A DNA stretch of 63,919 nt, the filler included, from Octopus bimaculoides (taxonomy: Eukaryota): the NCBI RefSeq assembly GCF_001194135.2. It is 9 parts of 8 records of this genome, joined end to end, with 100 filler letters (N's around TTAATTAATTAA, not from the genome) between each part and the next. Parts side by side here need not be neighbours in the genome. Positions count along the whole stretch, not along the records: positions 18,700 to 25,985 come from NC_068992.1; positions 26,086 to 29,468 come from NC_068985.1; positions 29,569 to 56,712 come from NC_068981.1; 6 more parts are not named here. The stretch is one strand, 5' to 3'. The position numbers were made by a program, and so were the translations under genes. The notes under the pieces are model-generated. The model searched no databases, had not been told where the DNA came from, and worked only from the letters and a program-made list of their open reading frames with translations. Below are positions 24,198-36,339 of the stretch, piece after piece (the stretch's first letter is position 1; the number at the start of each line of letters is the position of its first letter).

Positions 24198-24583
24198 TAC
24201 TTACATATAAGAGACCAAAGTGTACATACACCGCTATATTTCATATATAAAAAATACAAAAATTGGACAAGAACGCAAAACATCCAGACAGGTGATACAA
24301 AAAAGGGACAACAAAATATCCAGACAGACGATACAAAGAAAACAAGCATAGGTCATTCGGAGTTTTCTATCCTCAGTCGAGTTCCAGANNNNNNNNNNAG
24401 GTCATTCGGAGTTTTCTATCCTCAGTCGAGTTCCAGATTATCTTTGCAATTTCGTCTGGTTATACTTGAGATTGCTCCAATCTGGCCAGTCCCAAAGAAA
24501 AACTAAGCTAAGAGCATTAGATCCCTCGGAAGAAAGCAGCGAATAGATGCAAAAACAAGGACAGAAAAAAAACAAATACAAAT
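23427..24583. mobile_element. Two ~280-bp diverged direct repeats (23427-23703, 24273-24583) flanking a purine-rich tract and (TA)n; LTR-like or Penelope pLTR-like remnant
   Basis: Shared ACGCAAAACATCCAG..GACGATACAAAGAAAACAAG..GATTGCTCCAATCTGGCCAGT..GGAAGAAAGCAGCGAATA. Class assignment is inference. Confidence 0.55.
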
Positions 24584-24590
24584 GTATATG

Positions 24591-24621
<31 letters not shown>

Positions 24622-24689
24622 NNNNNNNNNNNNNNNNNNNNNNNNNNNNNNNNNNNNNNNNNNNNNNNNNNNNNNNNNNNNTTTTACTA

Positions 24690-24965
24690 TTTTACTTGTT
24701 TCAGTCATTTGACTGCGGCCATGCTGGAGCACCGCCTTTTAGTCAAGCAAATTGACCCCAGGACTTATTTTTTGGAAGCCTAGTACTTATTCTAGGCACA
24801 TACATATATATACATATATACGACGGGCTTTTTTCAGTTTCCGTCTGCCAAATCCACTCACAAGGCTTTGGTCGGCCCGAGGCTATAGTAGAAGACACTT
24901 GCCCAAGGTGCCACGCAGTGGGACTGAACCCAGAACCATGTGATTAGTAAGCAAGCTACTTACCA
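24690..24965 (-). mobile_element. SINE family B, internally shortened
   Basis: Tail TTTCAGTCATTTGACTGCGGCCATGCTGGAGCACCGCC plus head CGACGGGCTT..GGGACTGAACCCAGAACC. Confidence 0.85.
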
Positions 24966-24998
24966 ACATTAATATATATATATTATATTATTTCCAAG

Positions 24999-25031
<33 letters not shown>

Positions 25032-25349
25032 GTATGTATATATATATATATATATGTATGTATGCATATATATGTATAAATATATATGTATGTAGATGTA
25101 TGTATATATGTGTATATCTATATCTATATACATCTATATATGTATGTATATATGAAACATAAATAATATATGTATATGTACACACATATATATATATATG
25201 TATATATGGGTACAGGACGTCACAAACCGTAAACAACATGAAATAAGAAAACAAAAGAGTTGAATACATAAACGAGAGAGACAACTGGAAAACAGGACAA
25301 GTATAAAGAACAATCCTTCATCCTGTTGTCAGCTGTCCGTCTACTCCTC

Positions 25350-25738
25350 ATAAAAAAGCACGTAAATAGCACCATCCAAATGTGACCGATGCCTGCACCC
25401 CATAACTAGCTCCTGTGCTGATTGCATGTAAAAAGCACCATCTGAACATGGCCAATGCCAGTACCCCTTGACTGGCCCCCATGCCAGTGGCAAGCAAAAA
25501 GTACTATCGATGCTAGGCCCGCATGACTGACTCCTGTGCCGGTGGCATGTAAAAAGTGCCCACTACACTCTTGAAGTGGGTGGCATTAGGAAGAGCATCC
25601 AGCTGTAGAAACATTGCCAGATCAGATTGGAGCCTGGTGCAGCCTTCTGGCTTGCCAGACCTCACTGAAACCATGTAACCCATGCCAGCATGGAAAATGG
25701 ATGTTAATCAATGATGATGATGATGATGATGATGATGA
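25350..25738 (+). mobile_element. SINE family C 3' part with (GAT)n tail; inverted tail fragment at 25830-25876
   Basis: AAAAAGCACC subrepeats, then GGCATTAGGAAGAGCATCCAGCTGTAGAAAC..CCATGCCAGCATGGAAAATGGATGTT(GAT)n. Confidence 0.8.
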
Positions 25739-25925
25739 TATATATGTGTGTGTAATATGTGTATATATATGTGTATATATGTATGTATATATGCATCTAT
25801 ATATGTATTTATATGTATATATATGTGTGTATCATCATCATCATCGTTTAACGTCCGCTTTCCATGCTAGCATGGGTTATATGTGTATATATATATACAT
25901 GTATATATATATATAAATAATGTAT

Positions 25926-25962
<37 letters not shown>

Positions 25963-26085
25963 GATATAAATAATGCATATATATANNNNNNNNNNNNNNN
26001 NNNNNNNNNNNNNNNNNNNNNNNNNNNNNTTAATTAATTAANNNNNNNNNNNNNNNNNNNNNNNNNNNNNNNNNNNNNNNNNNNN

Positions 26086-26142
<57 letters not shown>

Positions 26143-26344
26143 TACGAACACCTGGAAAAAATGGAGTCCTGCCACATGAGGACAAATCTGTCATCACCTC
26201 TGATGTCCATCACCTATGTCCCTCGTACTTGACTGAGTAAAGAAGGCCACAGATGACCAGTCTTCTTTTTACCTGTCTTTCTAATTGTTTCTCCTGTCTT
26301 CCTTAGTGTCGTCTATCTATCCGAATGTTTTATTGTCTTCTATT

Positions 26345-26438
26345 GCGCAGGAGTGGCTGTGTGGTAAGTAACTTGCTTACCAACCACATGGTTCCGGGTT
26401 CAGTCCCACGCCGTGGCACCTTGGGGAAGTGTCTTCTA
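26345..26438 (+). mobile_element. SINE family B head, truncated
   Basis: GCGCAGGAGTGGCTGTGTGGTAAG..GGTTCCGGGTTCAGTCCC..GGCACCTTGGGGAAGTGTCTTCTAC. Confidence 0.85.
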
Positions 26439-27456
26439 CCATATATATGTGTGTGCGTGTGTGTGTGTGTGTGTGTGTGCGTGTGTGTGTGTGTGTGTGC
26501 ATGTNNNNNNNNNNGTCTGTATATCTATCTATCTATCTATCTATCTATATATATATATATATATATCTGTGTGTGTGTAAACGTACGCATTCACACGTAG
26601 GTGTGTGTATGTCTTTGTGTGTGCTTTTACGTGTGCGTGCGTGTGGCTGCATTTGACTGCCTGTTGTATGGAGACCATATCAATTAAGCTTAATTTATAT
26701 CAAATCGTATTAAGGGGTACGTACGCAGAGTAAACGCTGCGTGTGGTCAAAGACCTTCATCTGATGAACCCTGTAAAATTTATGACGACAGGACTTGTTC
26801 GTGCTTACCGTTATCCCACAGACTCTAACCTGACATCATAAAGTCGTAAAACAGCGTGTCACTGACAACCGACACACCCACACCAATCTTCTTGTTACAG
26901 TGTCTAGCTGTTATATTTGTGTGGGTACGTGCGTGTGGGCGTGTGCGTTCGTTTGTGTGTGTATATGTGCGTTTGTGTATGTATTTTTATATATGTATAC
27001 CCATACACATATATGTGTATATATATATGTGTGTGTGTGTGTATATGTATATTATGCATGTATGTATATGTACACATATACATATATATATATATATATA
27101 TNNNNNNNNNNNNNNNNNNNNNNNNNNNNNNNNNNNNNNNNNNNNNNNNNNNNNNNNNNNNNNNNNNNNNNNNNNNNNNNNNNNNNNNNNNNNNNNNNNN
27201 NNNNNNNNNNNNNNNNNNNNNNNNNNNNNNNNNNNNNNNNNNNNNNNNNNNNNNNNNNNNNNNNNNNNNNNNNNNNNNNNNNNNNNNNNNNNNNNNNNNN
27301 NNNNNNNNNNNNNNNNNNNNNNNNNNNNNNNNNNNNNNNNNNNNNNNNNNNNNNNNNNNNNNNNNNNNNNNNNNNNNNNNNNNNNNNNNNNNNNNNNNNN
27401 NNNNNNNNNNNNNNNNNNNNNNNNNNNNNNNNNNNNNNNNNNNNNNNNNNNNNNNN

Positions 27457-27518
<62 letters not shown>

Positions 27519-27529
27519 TGTGTGTGTGT

Positions 27530-27722
27530 TTGTCCTCCCAACATCGATTGACAACCGATGCTGGTGTGTTTACGTTCCCGTAACTTAGCGGTTCGGCAAA
27601 AGATACCGATAGAATAAGTACTAGGCTTACAAAAAATAAGTCCAGGGTCGATTAGTTCGACTACAGGCGGTGCTCCAGCATGGCCATAGTCAAATGACTG
27701 AAACCAGTAAAAGAGTGAAAGA
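27530..27722 (+). mobile_element. SINE family B tail half
   Basis: GTTTGTCCTCCC..GTAACTTAGCGGTTCGGCAAAAGA.ACCGATAGAATAAGTACTAGGCTTAC..GGCGGTGCTCCAGCATGGCC.. Confidence 0.85.
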
Positions 27723-27879
27723 GTAATGTTGTACATTTACAAAAACAAATTTGAGATAAAAAAAAAAGATCTGTGCCTTTTTTTCTCTCTCCCTTGTATT
27801 TGTGTCAAAATACATTCATACATACAAACATACATACATAAAAAACTTACATACATATGGATGAAAAAGATATCTTACA

Positions 27880-29385
27880 ATAGCACCTGTAACAAAACAC
27901 ATGTCACTGAGGAATATTACAGCCGAACAAAGAAAATTTGGACCGCAAAACTCTCTGCATTCAATAAAACAGTGGCCCACAATGTGTGTGCAGTACCAGT
28001 ACTCATATCAACATTTGGGCTACTTGATTGAACGCTTGATGCGATCCGAGCCATTGATGTGAAAACACGAAAAATACTAACAGGCACACATAATTTCCAC
28101 ATAAATAGTGACATAGACCGCCACTACCTAAAACGAAAACAAGGTGGCAGAGGCTTAACATCGATCCAAAATGCCTTTCGTGTCTTTTAACCACCAAGCG
28201 TTGAAGTGCCTTCCTTGACCAAGTTTGCATACATGAGGCTGATAACATCATAAGACTTGAAAGGCAGCTCATTTAGCAGCATTCCTTGTTTGATAACCTT
28301 GAATACATGCCCAAAGAAGTCGCGCAACTCTACCACAGCGTATCATTAGATGAAAGGATGAGCATAAATGAGCAGAAGACTATGCATAGATATGTTAGTA
28401 GAAATCTCCGAGATCGTAGTAACATCGATCATCAAAGCAGACTATCATGGGCCAGTTGCCGGATTACTACCTTCCAGTTGAAGGGTATGCGTTTGCAATC
28501 CAGGAACAGGAAATATCAACCAAGTACTTGGTGCACAAAAGGGATAGAGATGCAGGAAAAGCAGCAAAATGTGATAACTGATGCAGACTTTGTAGAGTTA
28601 ACACCGAAGATATCACTCACATCGTAAGCAGTTGTCCGAAAATGTCATCACAGTATTATTTACCGATGAGACATGATACTGTAGCTAGGGCACTCTATAA
28701 TGAAATCCGTCGGAAGGATAACCCCGAGGACAAAGAAATAAGAACCCACAATATGGTAGAAGCCATAGCCACTCATAATAAAAACGAATATTGGTGAAAT
28801 GTCCCAGTGGAAACCTCAATAAAATGTAAGCACAACACACCTGATATAATGAATTGGGATAGAGAAGAGAAACTGTGTACAGTTGTGGAAATTAGTTGCC
28901 CAGCAGATGTTAACATAAAGCTGATGATCAGTGAAAAAGAGAATATGTACGCTGAACTGTTGAGAAATCTGCAGTTACTCTATCCAGATTACAAGTTCAG
29001 GTATATACCTGTAATTATTGGGGCCATGGGATATGTAACACGCTGCCTAAATACCAGTCTTGAGAAATTAGACTTCTCAAAACGATAAAGGAGAAAGTTG
29101 ATTCGAAGACTACAGATCCAATCCATCACTGGGATTGTAAATATCTGTAAAACTTTCCAGAAGTTTCTAATTTAAATAGATATGACCATGTCTAGACATG
29201 CAACTATGTGCATGAGAATACATACATAAAACAAAACATTCGAATCCGTACATATACATACATTCAAACAAAAATACCCTGTTGCTGATGTTGAAATTCC
29301 AAAACAGGAGCCTTGGATCTAGGTTAGAAACCGGCTCTTTCTCTATTGGCAAGAAATCTTGAAATAAAACTGAATGACATACATA
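27880..29385 (+). mobile_element. R4/Dong-like LINE, 5'-truncated: late RT/thumb, CCHC, REL and 3' UTR; pseudogenised
   Basis: EEYYSRTKKIW..LSAFNKTVAHN..AVPVL; RHYLKRKQGGRGL; HIVSSCPKMSSQYYLPMRHD; KHNTPDIMNWDREEKLCTVVEISCPAD..IPVIIGAMG; 3' UTR ends ..TTGAAATAAAACTGAATGA, then (CATA)n. Confidence 0.93.
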
Positions 29386-29435
29386 CACACACACATACAT
29401 ACATGCATACGTGCATACAGATATACATGCATATA

Positions 29436-29468
<33 letters not shown>

Positions 29469-29594
29469 NNNNNNNNNNNNNNNNNNNNNNNNNNNNNNNN
29501 NNNNNNNNNNNNTTAATTAATTAANNNNNNNNNNNNNNNNNNNNNNNNNNNNNNNNNNNNNNNNNNNNTATATATATATACATACATATCTGCA

Positions 29595-29805
29595 TGTCAT
29601 CATTCTTTATTTCAAGAATTTTTGCCAATACAGAACGAGCCAGTTTCTAATCTAGACACAATGTACCTTCATTGGAATTTCAACAGCAGGTTATTTTGCT
29701 TGTAGATGTGTATATATGCAGTATATGGACTTAATGCATATGCGGATGTGTATGCTTTGTTTTACATATGTATTCTCATGCTTACAGTTGCATATCCAGA
29801 CAGGT
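29595..29805 (-). mobile_element. Isolated 3' UTR of the same R4/Dong subfamily, diverged
   Basis: Reverse complement aligns with 29190-29380 (CATGAGAATACATA..AAAACAAA..CTAG.TTAGAAAC.GGCTC..ATTGGCAA.AA.TCTTGAAATAAA). Confidence 0.75.
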
Positions 29806-29929
29806 GTGTATGTACGTATGTATGTATTATGTATGTATGTATGTATGTATGTACGTATGTATGTATGTATGTATGAGTGTGTATGTGGTCATGTGTTTGT
29901 GTGTGTATGTGTGTGTGTGTTTGTGTGTA

Positions 29930-29980
<51 letters not shown>

Positions 29981-30254
29981 GTTCTCTTCTGCCTGTAATT
30001 ATTTGAATTCATCCTGTAAGGAAGGAACTGGTTTGTTGCAAACATATAAAGCTATATCGTTCGAATGTAGACAACAAAAACATTTATGTAATGGACTTGA
30101 GAAAATTCTTGCATATTTTTCTTGTTCCACTTACAGATTCTATTTGTAATGTGCAAGTCAGTTGGTTGATTTACTTTTCTGAAAACTCAACATTATCCTA
30201 TTTTCAGTTAGGATTTTACTCACAAAACCAAGTGCATAGGTTATTATTGATATA

Positions 30255-31127
30255 CGAGTCCTGATCAATGAGTATCCGGACTGTTGCCATAGTAATAAAG
30301 CTAAAGCTGCTTGGCACAGATTGGTCTTGAACTCTTTAACATGCGCACTAGGTTTTAACGTTCTAGCTCACTTCCACTGTTTACAAAAGTGCTTGGAATG
30401 AAGAATTTGTAGCGTATGATCGTCGCATTGACCATGACAAAGAAGACCGAGCAGAGAATCTGCATCACATTTTGCTAAAAGCTTGGCGATACCTGCTCGG
30501 AGGCCTACGCTAAGTTTTCAAAAAGTATTCATCGTTCTCGACACAATCAAGATCTTATGCAACTGAAACCCAAGTGTTTTTTGGTCAGCTGAAAGCAGTT
30601 CTTGCACAAACTTGGCAGACGTGCGTCTATACCCAAATCTTCAGTGATAATGGAATGAATTGAACTGTAACTAATTTGCACATCCTCTGATAACTCTCGG
30701 ATGGTGATTCGACGATTTCCCCTCACAGCTGCACGCATACCTGCGATGTTTTAATCAGTTCTGTTAGTTGCGGGTCTCCCAGAACGTTCATCAATATCGA
30801 CATTTTTCGGCCATATTGGAAACGTTTGAATCTCTCGTACACGTGTATGCGACTCATACACTCCTCTCCATACACGTTCTGCAACTTTGCATAGGCCTCT
30901 GAACAGGTATCACCATGACAACTTTCTCTGTCATGCTCAATGCGACTGTCACACCCTACACAAGTTCTTCCAAGCACTGCTGTAAACAGTGGACGTGAGC
31001 TTGAACGTTGAAACTTAGTGCGCATGCTCAGCAGAGTTCATGGTCAAGTTTTGCAGAGCGGCTGCACTCTGCCTGCTTTAACTTCGTTATTATGGCAACA
31101 GTCCTAATACTTATTGATCAAACCTCG
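30255..31127. mobile_element. Non-autonomous mariner (irritans-subfamily-like) built from two inverted 5' ends
   Basis: TIRs CGAG.(C/T)TGATCAAT.AGTAT..GGACTGTTGCCATA with TA outside (30253-30254, 31128-31129). Plus arm encodes MTKKTEQRICITFC*KLGDTCSEAYAK. Minus arm encodes GDTCSEAYAKLQNVYGEECMSR..FKRF..RRITIRELSE..ITEDLG. Confidence 0.88.
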
Positions 31128-31459
31128 TAAATGTGAATTTATAATCTAGTTATATGTATGCATGTATGCATTTTTATACGTGTGTAGATATGCATGTATA
31201 TAGATTCTAGTTCATCTTTAAAAAAAATTGCCAATGTATACGTGTGTTTTGGATCAGTTTTAAAATTTTGATGTGAAAGTGTATGTTAGTATATGTAATT
31301 TGTTTCACTATAATTTTAGCATAAAACTTGTGTATATGATTCTGTCCTTTATTCTAAAGACTGTTCGAAGTGTGAATAAGATGTCACGTTTGACTTTGAA
31401 AATGCCCCAAAACAGAATCATAGAATAAAGCTACATTCTATTTAAAGACAAAATGGATG

Positions 31460-32410
31460 ATGAAGAGGCGGAAAAAGACAGCGGAGGGGAGAATAAAGGA
31501 GGAGTAGGGAGGGAGGCGCGGTTGAAACATGAGTAGCTAAGAAGATGTGGTAGCGGGAGGGATGTATTATGGGAGGATTAGGTGGCGTAGGAGGTGGACA
31601 AGTGAAGGAAATGGAGGGAAGGGGGAGAAGAGGAGAGGCGGAGAGGAGGATGAATGGAATTGGAGGGGTAAAAGAGAAGGGGGAAGCGGAGGAGAAGGAG
31701 GTGGGGNNNNNNNNNNNNNNNNNNNNNNNNNNNNNNNNNNNNNNNNNNNNNNNNNNNNNNNNNNNNNNNNNNNNNNNNNNNNNNNNNNNNNNNNNNNNNN
31801 NNNNNNNNNNNNNNNNNNNNNNNNNNNNNNNNNNNNNNNNNNNNNNNNNNNNNNNNNNNNNNNNNNNNNNNNNNNNNNNNNNNNNNNNNNNNNNNNNNNN
31901 NNNNNNNNNNNNNNNNNNNNNNNNNNNNNNNNNNNNNNNNNNNNNNNNNNNNNNNNNNNNNNNNNNNNNNNNNNNNNNNNNNNNNNNNNNNNNNNNNNNN
32001 NNNNNNNNNNNNNNNNNNNNNNNNNNNNNNNNNNNNNNNNNNNNNNNNNNNNNNNNNNNNNNNNNNNNNNNNNNNNNNNNNNNNNNNNNNNNNNNNNNNN
32101 NNNNNNNNNNNNNNNNNNNNNNNNNNNNNNNNNNNNNNNNNNNNNNNNNNNNNNNNNNNNNNNNNNNNNNNNNNNNNNNNNNNNNNNNNNNNNNNNNNNN
32201 NNNNNNNNNNNNNNNNNNNNNNNNNNNNNNNNNNNNNNNNNNNNNNNNNNNNNNNNNNNNNNNNNNNNNNNNNNNNNNNNNNNNNNNNNNNNNNNNNNNN
32301 NNNNNNNNNNGAAGGGAGGAGGAGGAAGGGAGGAGGAGGAAGGGAGGAGGAGGAAGGGAGGAGGAAGGGGGAGGAGGAGGAGGAGGAAGAAGAAGAGGAG
32401 GAGAAAATGC
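31460..32410. repeat. Purine (GGA/GAA)-rich low-complexity tract spanning a gap
   Basis: Directly visible. Confidence 0.9.
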
Positions 32411-33075
32411 TTATTTTGCTAGTGTGAGGAGGGTTCTTTTGGCGATGATACTTCATGTTACAATGGCTGGATTACGATGTGTATGATTTCTATTAGCTTG
32501 TTTGGTTGGGAAAAAGCATAAATTGAAAAGTAAAAGAGTAAAAATACTATGCATTAAAAATGTGGTGTACAAAAGTGTAACGCTACCCAGTATTAGCTGG
32601 AGCAAGGATTCTTTGGTTACTCTTTTATACTTCATATCCGGTCAAGAGTAGAATTACTATGAAGCCGTGATTGGAAAACTACAAACATCCAGCAAATAAA
32701 TATTAGCCCGGTGAACACTTGAGATGTAAATTATCGATTGTCTGTCTGATTGAAAGCGTGATTAAGTGTATGACGCTCCGATTTCACTATATTTGTCCTT
32801 GATGATGGACGCTTGTGCAGGAATTGAGAGAACAATGAGCGTTTGATTAATAACATAAATTGTTTCGAAGCAGACAACAGCAATTGATATGTAGCAACAG
32901 CAGAAATAGCCGTGCTACATAAATAAATACATAACTGAAAGATTAAATAAATAAATAAATAAATAAATAAAGCTTTGAAACTGGAGGATTAAGCTCATTG
33001 TGCTAATTAATATTTCTCAATCTTCACTCTTGAGGTCAAAAATACTTCTTCCTTATTTGCTCACTTGGATTACGG

Positions 33076-33165
<90 letters not shown>

Positions 33166-33237
33166 GAGAGAGAGGCGAGAGTGAGAGAGAGAGGCGAGTT
33201 GTGTGTGTGTGTATTTAATCCATTATCTTAGTCCTAC

Positions 33238-33626
33238 GTGGAGGCGCAATGGCCCAGTGGTTAGGGCATCAGACTCGTGGTCGTAGGATCGCGGTTTCGA
33301 TTCCCAGACCGGGCGTTGTGAGTGTTTATTGAGCGAAAATACCTAAAGCTTCACGAGGCTCCGGCAGGGGATGGTGGCGAACCCTGCTGTACTCTTTCAC
33401 CACAGCTTTCTCTCACTCTTACTTCTTGTTTCTGTTGTGCCTGTAATTCAAAGGGTCAGCCTTGTCACACTGTGTCACGTTGAATATCCCCGAGAGCTAC
33501 GTTAAGGGTACACGTGTCTGCGGAGTGCTCAGCCACTTGCACGTTAATTTCACGAGCAGGCTGTTCCGTTGATCGGATCAACTGGAACCCTCGACGTCGT
33601 AAGCGACGGGGTGCCAACAACAACAA
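33238..33626 (+). mobile_element. Full-length tRNA-derived SINE (family D) with (CAA)n tail and 11-bp target-site duplication
   Basis: A box TGGCCCAGTGG, B box GGTTTCGATTCCC. TSD CTTAGTCCTAC at 33227-33237 and 33627-33637. Confidence 0.9.
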
Positions 33627-33819
33627 CTTAGTCCTACAAGATATATGCTCTTTTGTTTATTGCTCGACGGGAACTAAAGAGCAAAATTTAAGAAGAGCTA
33701 ATTTATAGTGTATGGCAAGAAGGAAAGGAAATCATCTTTACACACGCGCACACACACACACACTCACACACGCACACATATTTATATACATACGCACATG
33801 CACACATACACACACACAC

Positions 33820-33990
33820 ACAGTTAAGTGGTTAGGGTGCTGTACTGACGATCGCAGGACGTGGTTTCTATTCCAAAACCGGCGATGCGTGGTGTTCTTG
33901 AGCAAAACACTTCATGGCATGCGACTCCACTCTACTGACCACTAAATGAGTAACTCTACGACAGACTGGCGTTCGGTTGAGTGATAGCCT
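33820..33990 (+). mobile_element. Old CORE-like tRNA SINE fragment
   Basis: AAGTGGTTAGG..GGTTTCTATTCC..GTGTTCTTGAGCAAAACACTT. Similar to 53185-53330. Confidence 0.55.
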
Positions 33991-34219
33991 GCTCGCCGAG
34001 CCAGTACTGTGGTATCATTCGAAAGCTACAACACGAAGAAACGCATTTTAACCAGTGAAGAAGAACTATATTTGATAGCCTGGTCGATACAGTGATAAAG
34101 TCACATATATATACATACACACAGGCACGCGTGCCATCATACACACTCACATATGTATGTATGCATGTATGTACAAACGCGCACACACGCATAATCACAC
34201 GACACGCACACGCACACAC

Positions 34220-34258
<39 letters not shown>

Positions 34259-36339
34259 CATACATACATACATATATACATAGATATATATACGTATATG
34301 TATATTTATATATATATATATATATATATATANNNNNNNNNNNNNNNNNNNNNNNNNNNNNNNNNNNNNNNNNNNNNNNNNNNNNNNNNNNNNNNNNNNN
34401 NNNNNNNNNNNNNNNNNNNNNNNNNNNNNNNNNNNNNNNNNNNNNNNNNNNNNNNNNNNNNNNNNNNNNNNNNNNNNNNNNNNNNNNNNNNNNNNNNNNN
34501 NNNNNNNNNNNNNNNNNNNNNNNNNNNNNNNNNNNNNNNNNNNNNNNNNNNNNNNNNNNNNNNNNNNCAGACACCATCAAGAAATACGTACTCTTCAAAA
34601 TACTGATTTAAAAAACTATAAAATCCAAAAGAAAATTTATAATACATAAAATCTATAAAATATTAGATTAAAAATTTAATTCAGTTTAGTAAATTTATAA
34701 AATCGAAAGTGAATAATAGACTACGCACGTTTCGTGGCCATAATCGTCCGGTAATTGCGATTTGAATGGAAATTTTGCTTTCACTATAAAACACATATTA
34801 TTAGGTTTGTATCACGCTTTTGAGACACAACTACATTAGCTGAAAAATATAGAATACCTCATAAGTAGTATAAACGTCCTAAATTCAGTGGCGGAGTTAA
34901 TGCAGATGTTACACATTAATTTAATATGTTAAACTTATTTTTATTATTGTATATCGAATTATATATAGATATATACAAGATTTACACAGATATAAGATAT
35001 AAGAAGTCATGATCCACCTGAGAACCTTTTTCTTTGGAAATCTTGCCCGCTGCACTAAAAAGTTTTCCCACCCCTAGACTAAACCCGTCAAGGCGGTACC
35101 CCACCATTCCTGCATGCCGATAACTGAAAGGAGTAAAATATAAGCAAAGATTGATATAATTCTGCATATGTAACTTTTATCTTTTACTTTCTTCAGTGTT
35201 TGAGATACAATCATGGGGTCAGAGTAGAGCTGAGAACAATAGTGGCGAAGAGGTAGACCCACAATGTTCAAAATTCTCCTGAACCTGGAATTTGCCACCA
35301 GATGCAGATTTGAAATTATATACAGTTAAAGACTGACACACGTGTAATACGCACCCCAGCGCATGCGCACATACATACACAAATGCAAAGACAGACATAT
35401 CTATATATAGAAAAATACATATATATATTGATATATATTAATACGCATAAATTTACATACGCGCACATGCAGTTATGCATGTATTACACGTTCTGTATAC
35501 ATCTCGTATATATAATTCATACATGCACGTCAGGTATCTTGAGAAGAGTCAGGACATGACATAAATTCAAGATGGGTTCTAAATGCTAAAATTTTATTGG
35601 TGAACTCATGTCATGTGATGCTATTAACCTGAAAGCGACATCAGATGTTTACTTTATTCTTAGAACCACGTACTCTGACAGTAAGTTGGTAGGGAAATGT
35701 TTCTCCTATCTCTAGAAGCTGCGGCATGGCATATTTAACGAGATCAATTCATTGAATTTGATGCTACACACGGCCGGGCTGGCTGTTGTCGAGTGTTGTC
35801 TGTAATAGTTCAAGTCGCCGCAGAATGGACAGAGAAAAAAATGTACCTAAATGTGTGCATCGAACCAGAGCAATAGGCAAACATTCGAGTAGTGCAGTAG
35901 TAGTTATTATTAACTGTACATAGTTGATTATACTACTGCTGCAGTATTTTCTAGCTAAGCAAAAGAAAATACAATCTTCTACATATTATATAAATATATA
36001 CTGATTTATTTTATTGTCTTCTTGCGTCGTGCCTTCGAGGGTTAAGCGCAAATTTTACTGTTTAATATTTGGTATCTGCAGTATACACTTAGTTGTGTAT
36101 TATTACTTGCAAGTGATACGCTATCTACACAGCTTAAGTCATAACTGCATGGTTTAAGATGTGTACATTGTAATTAAGTTATTTTATGTGCCCTAAATCA
36201 AAAATTTTACAGTGGTATTTTCCATGAGGTTTTATCCATGATCAGCACCGATTGCGCAGACCTACGATCAACAGTGTTCCATACGTAAATCGTTGAGACT
36301 TTTTCGTTATTCAAGATATTATATTATGTACTTTGATAT

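Noticed and set aside
26755-26800. CTGATGAA followed by a CCTGT/ACAGG stem
   Set aside because: No GAAA follows stem II and there is no stem I/III, so it is not a hammerhead.
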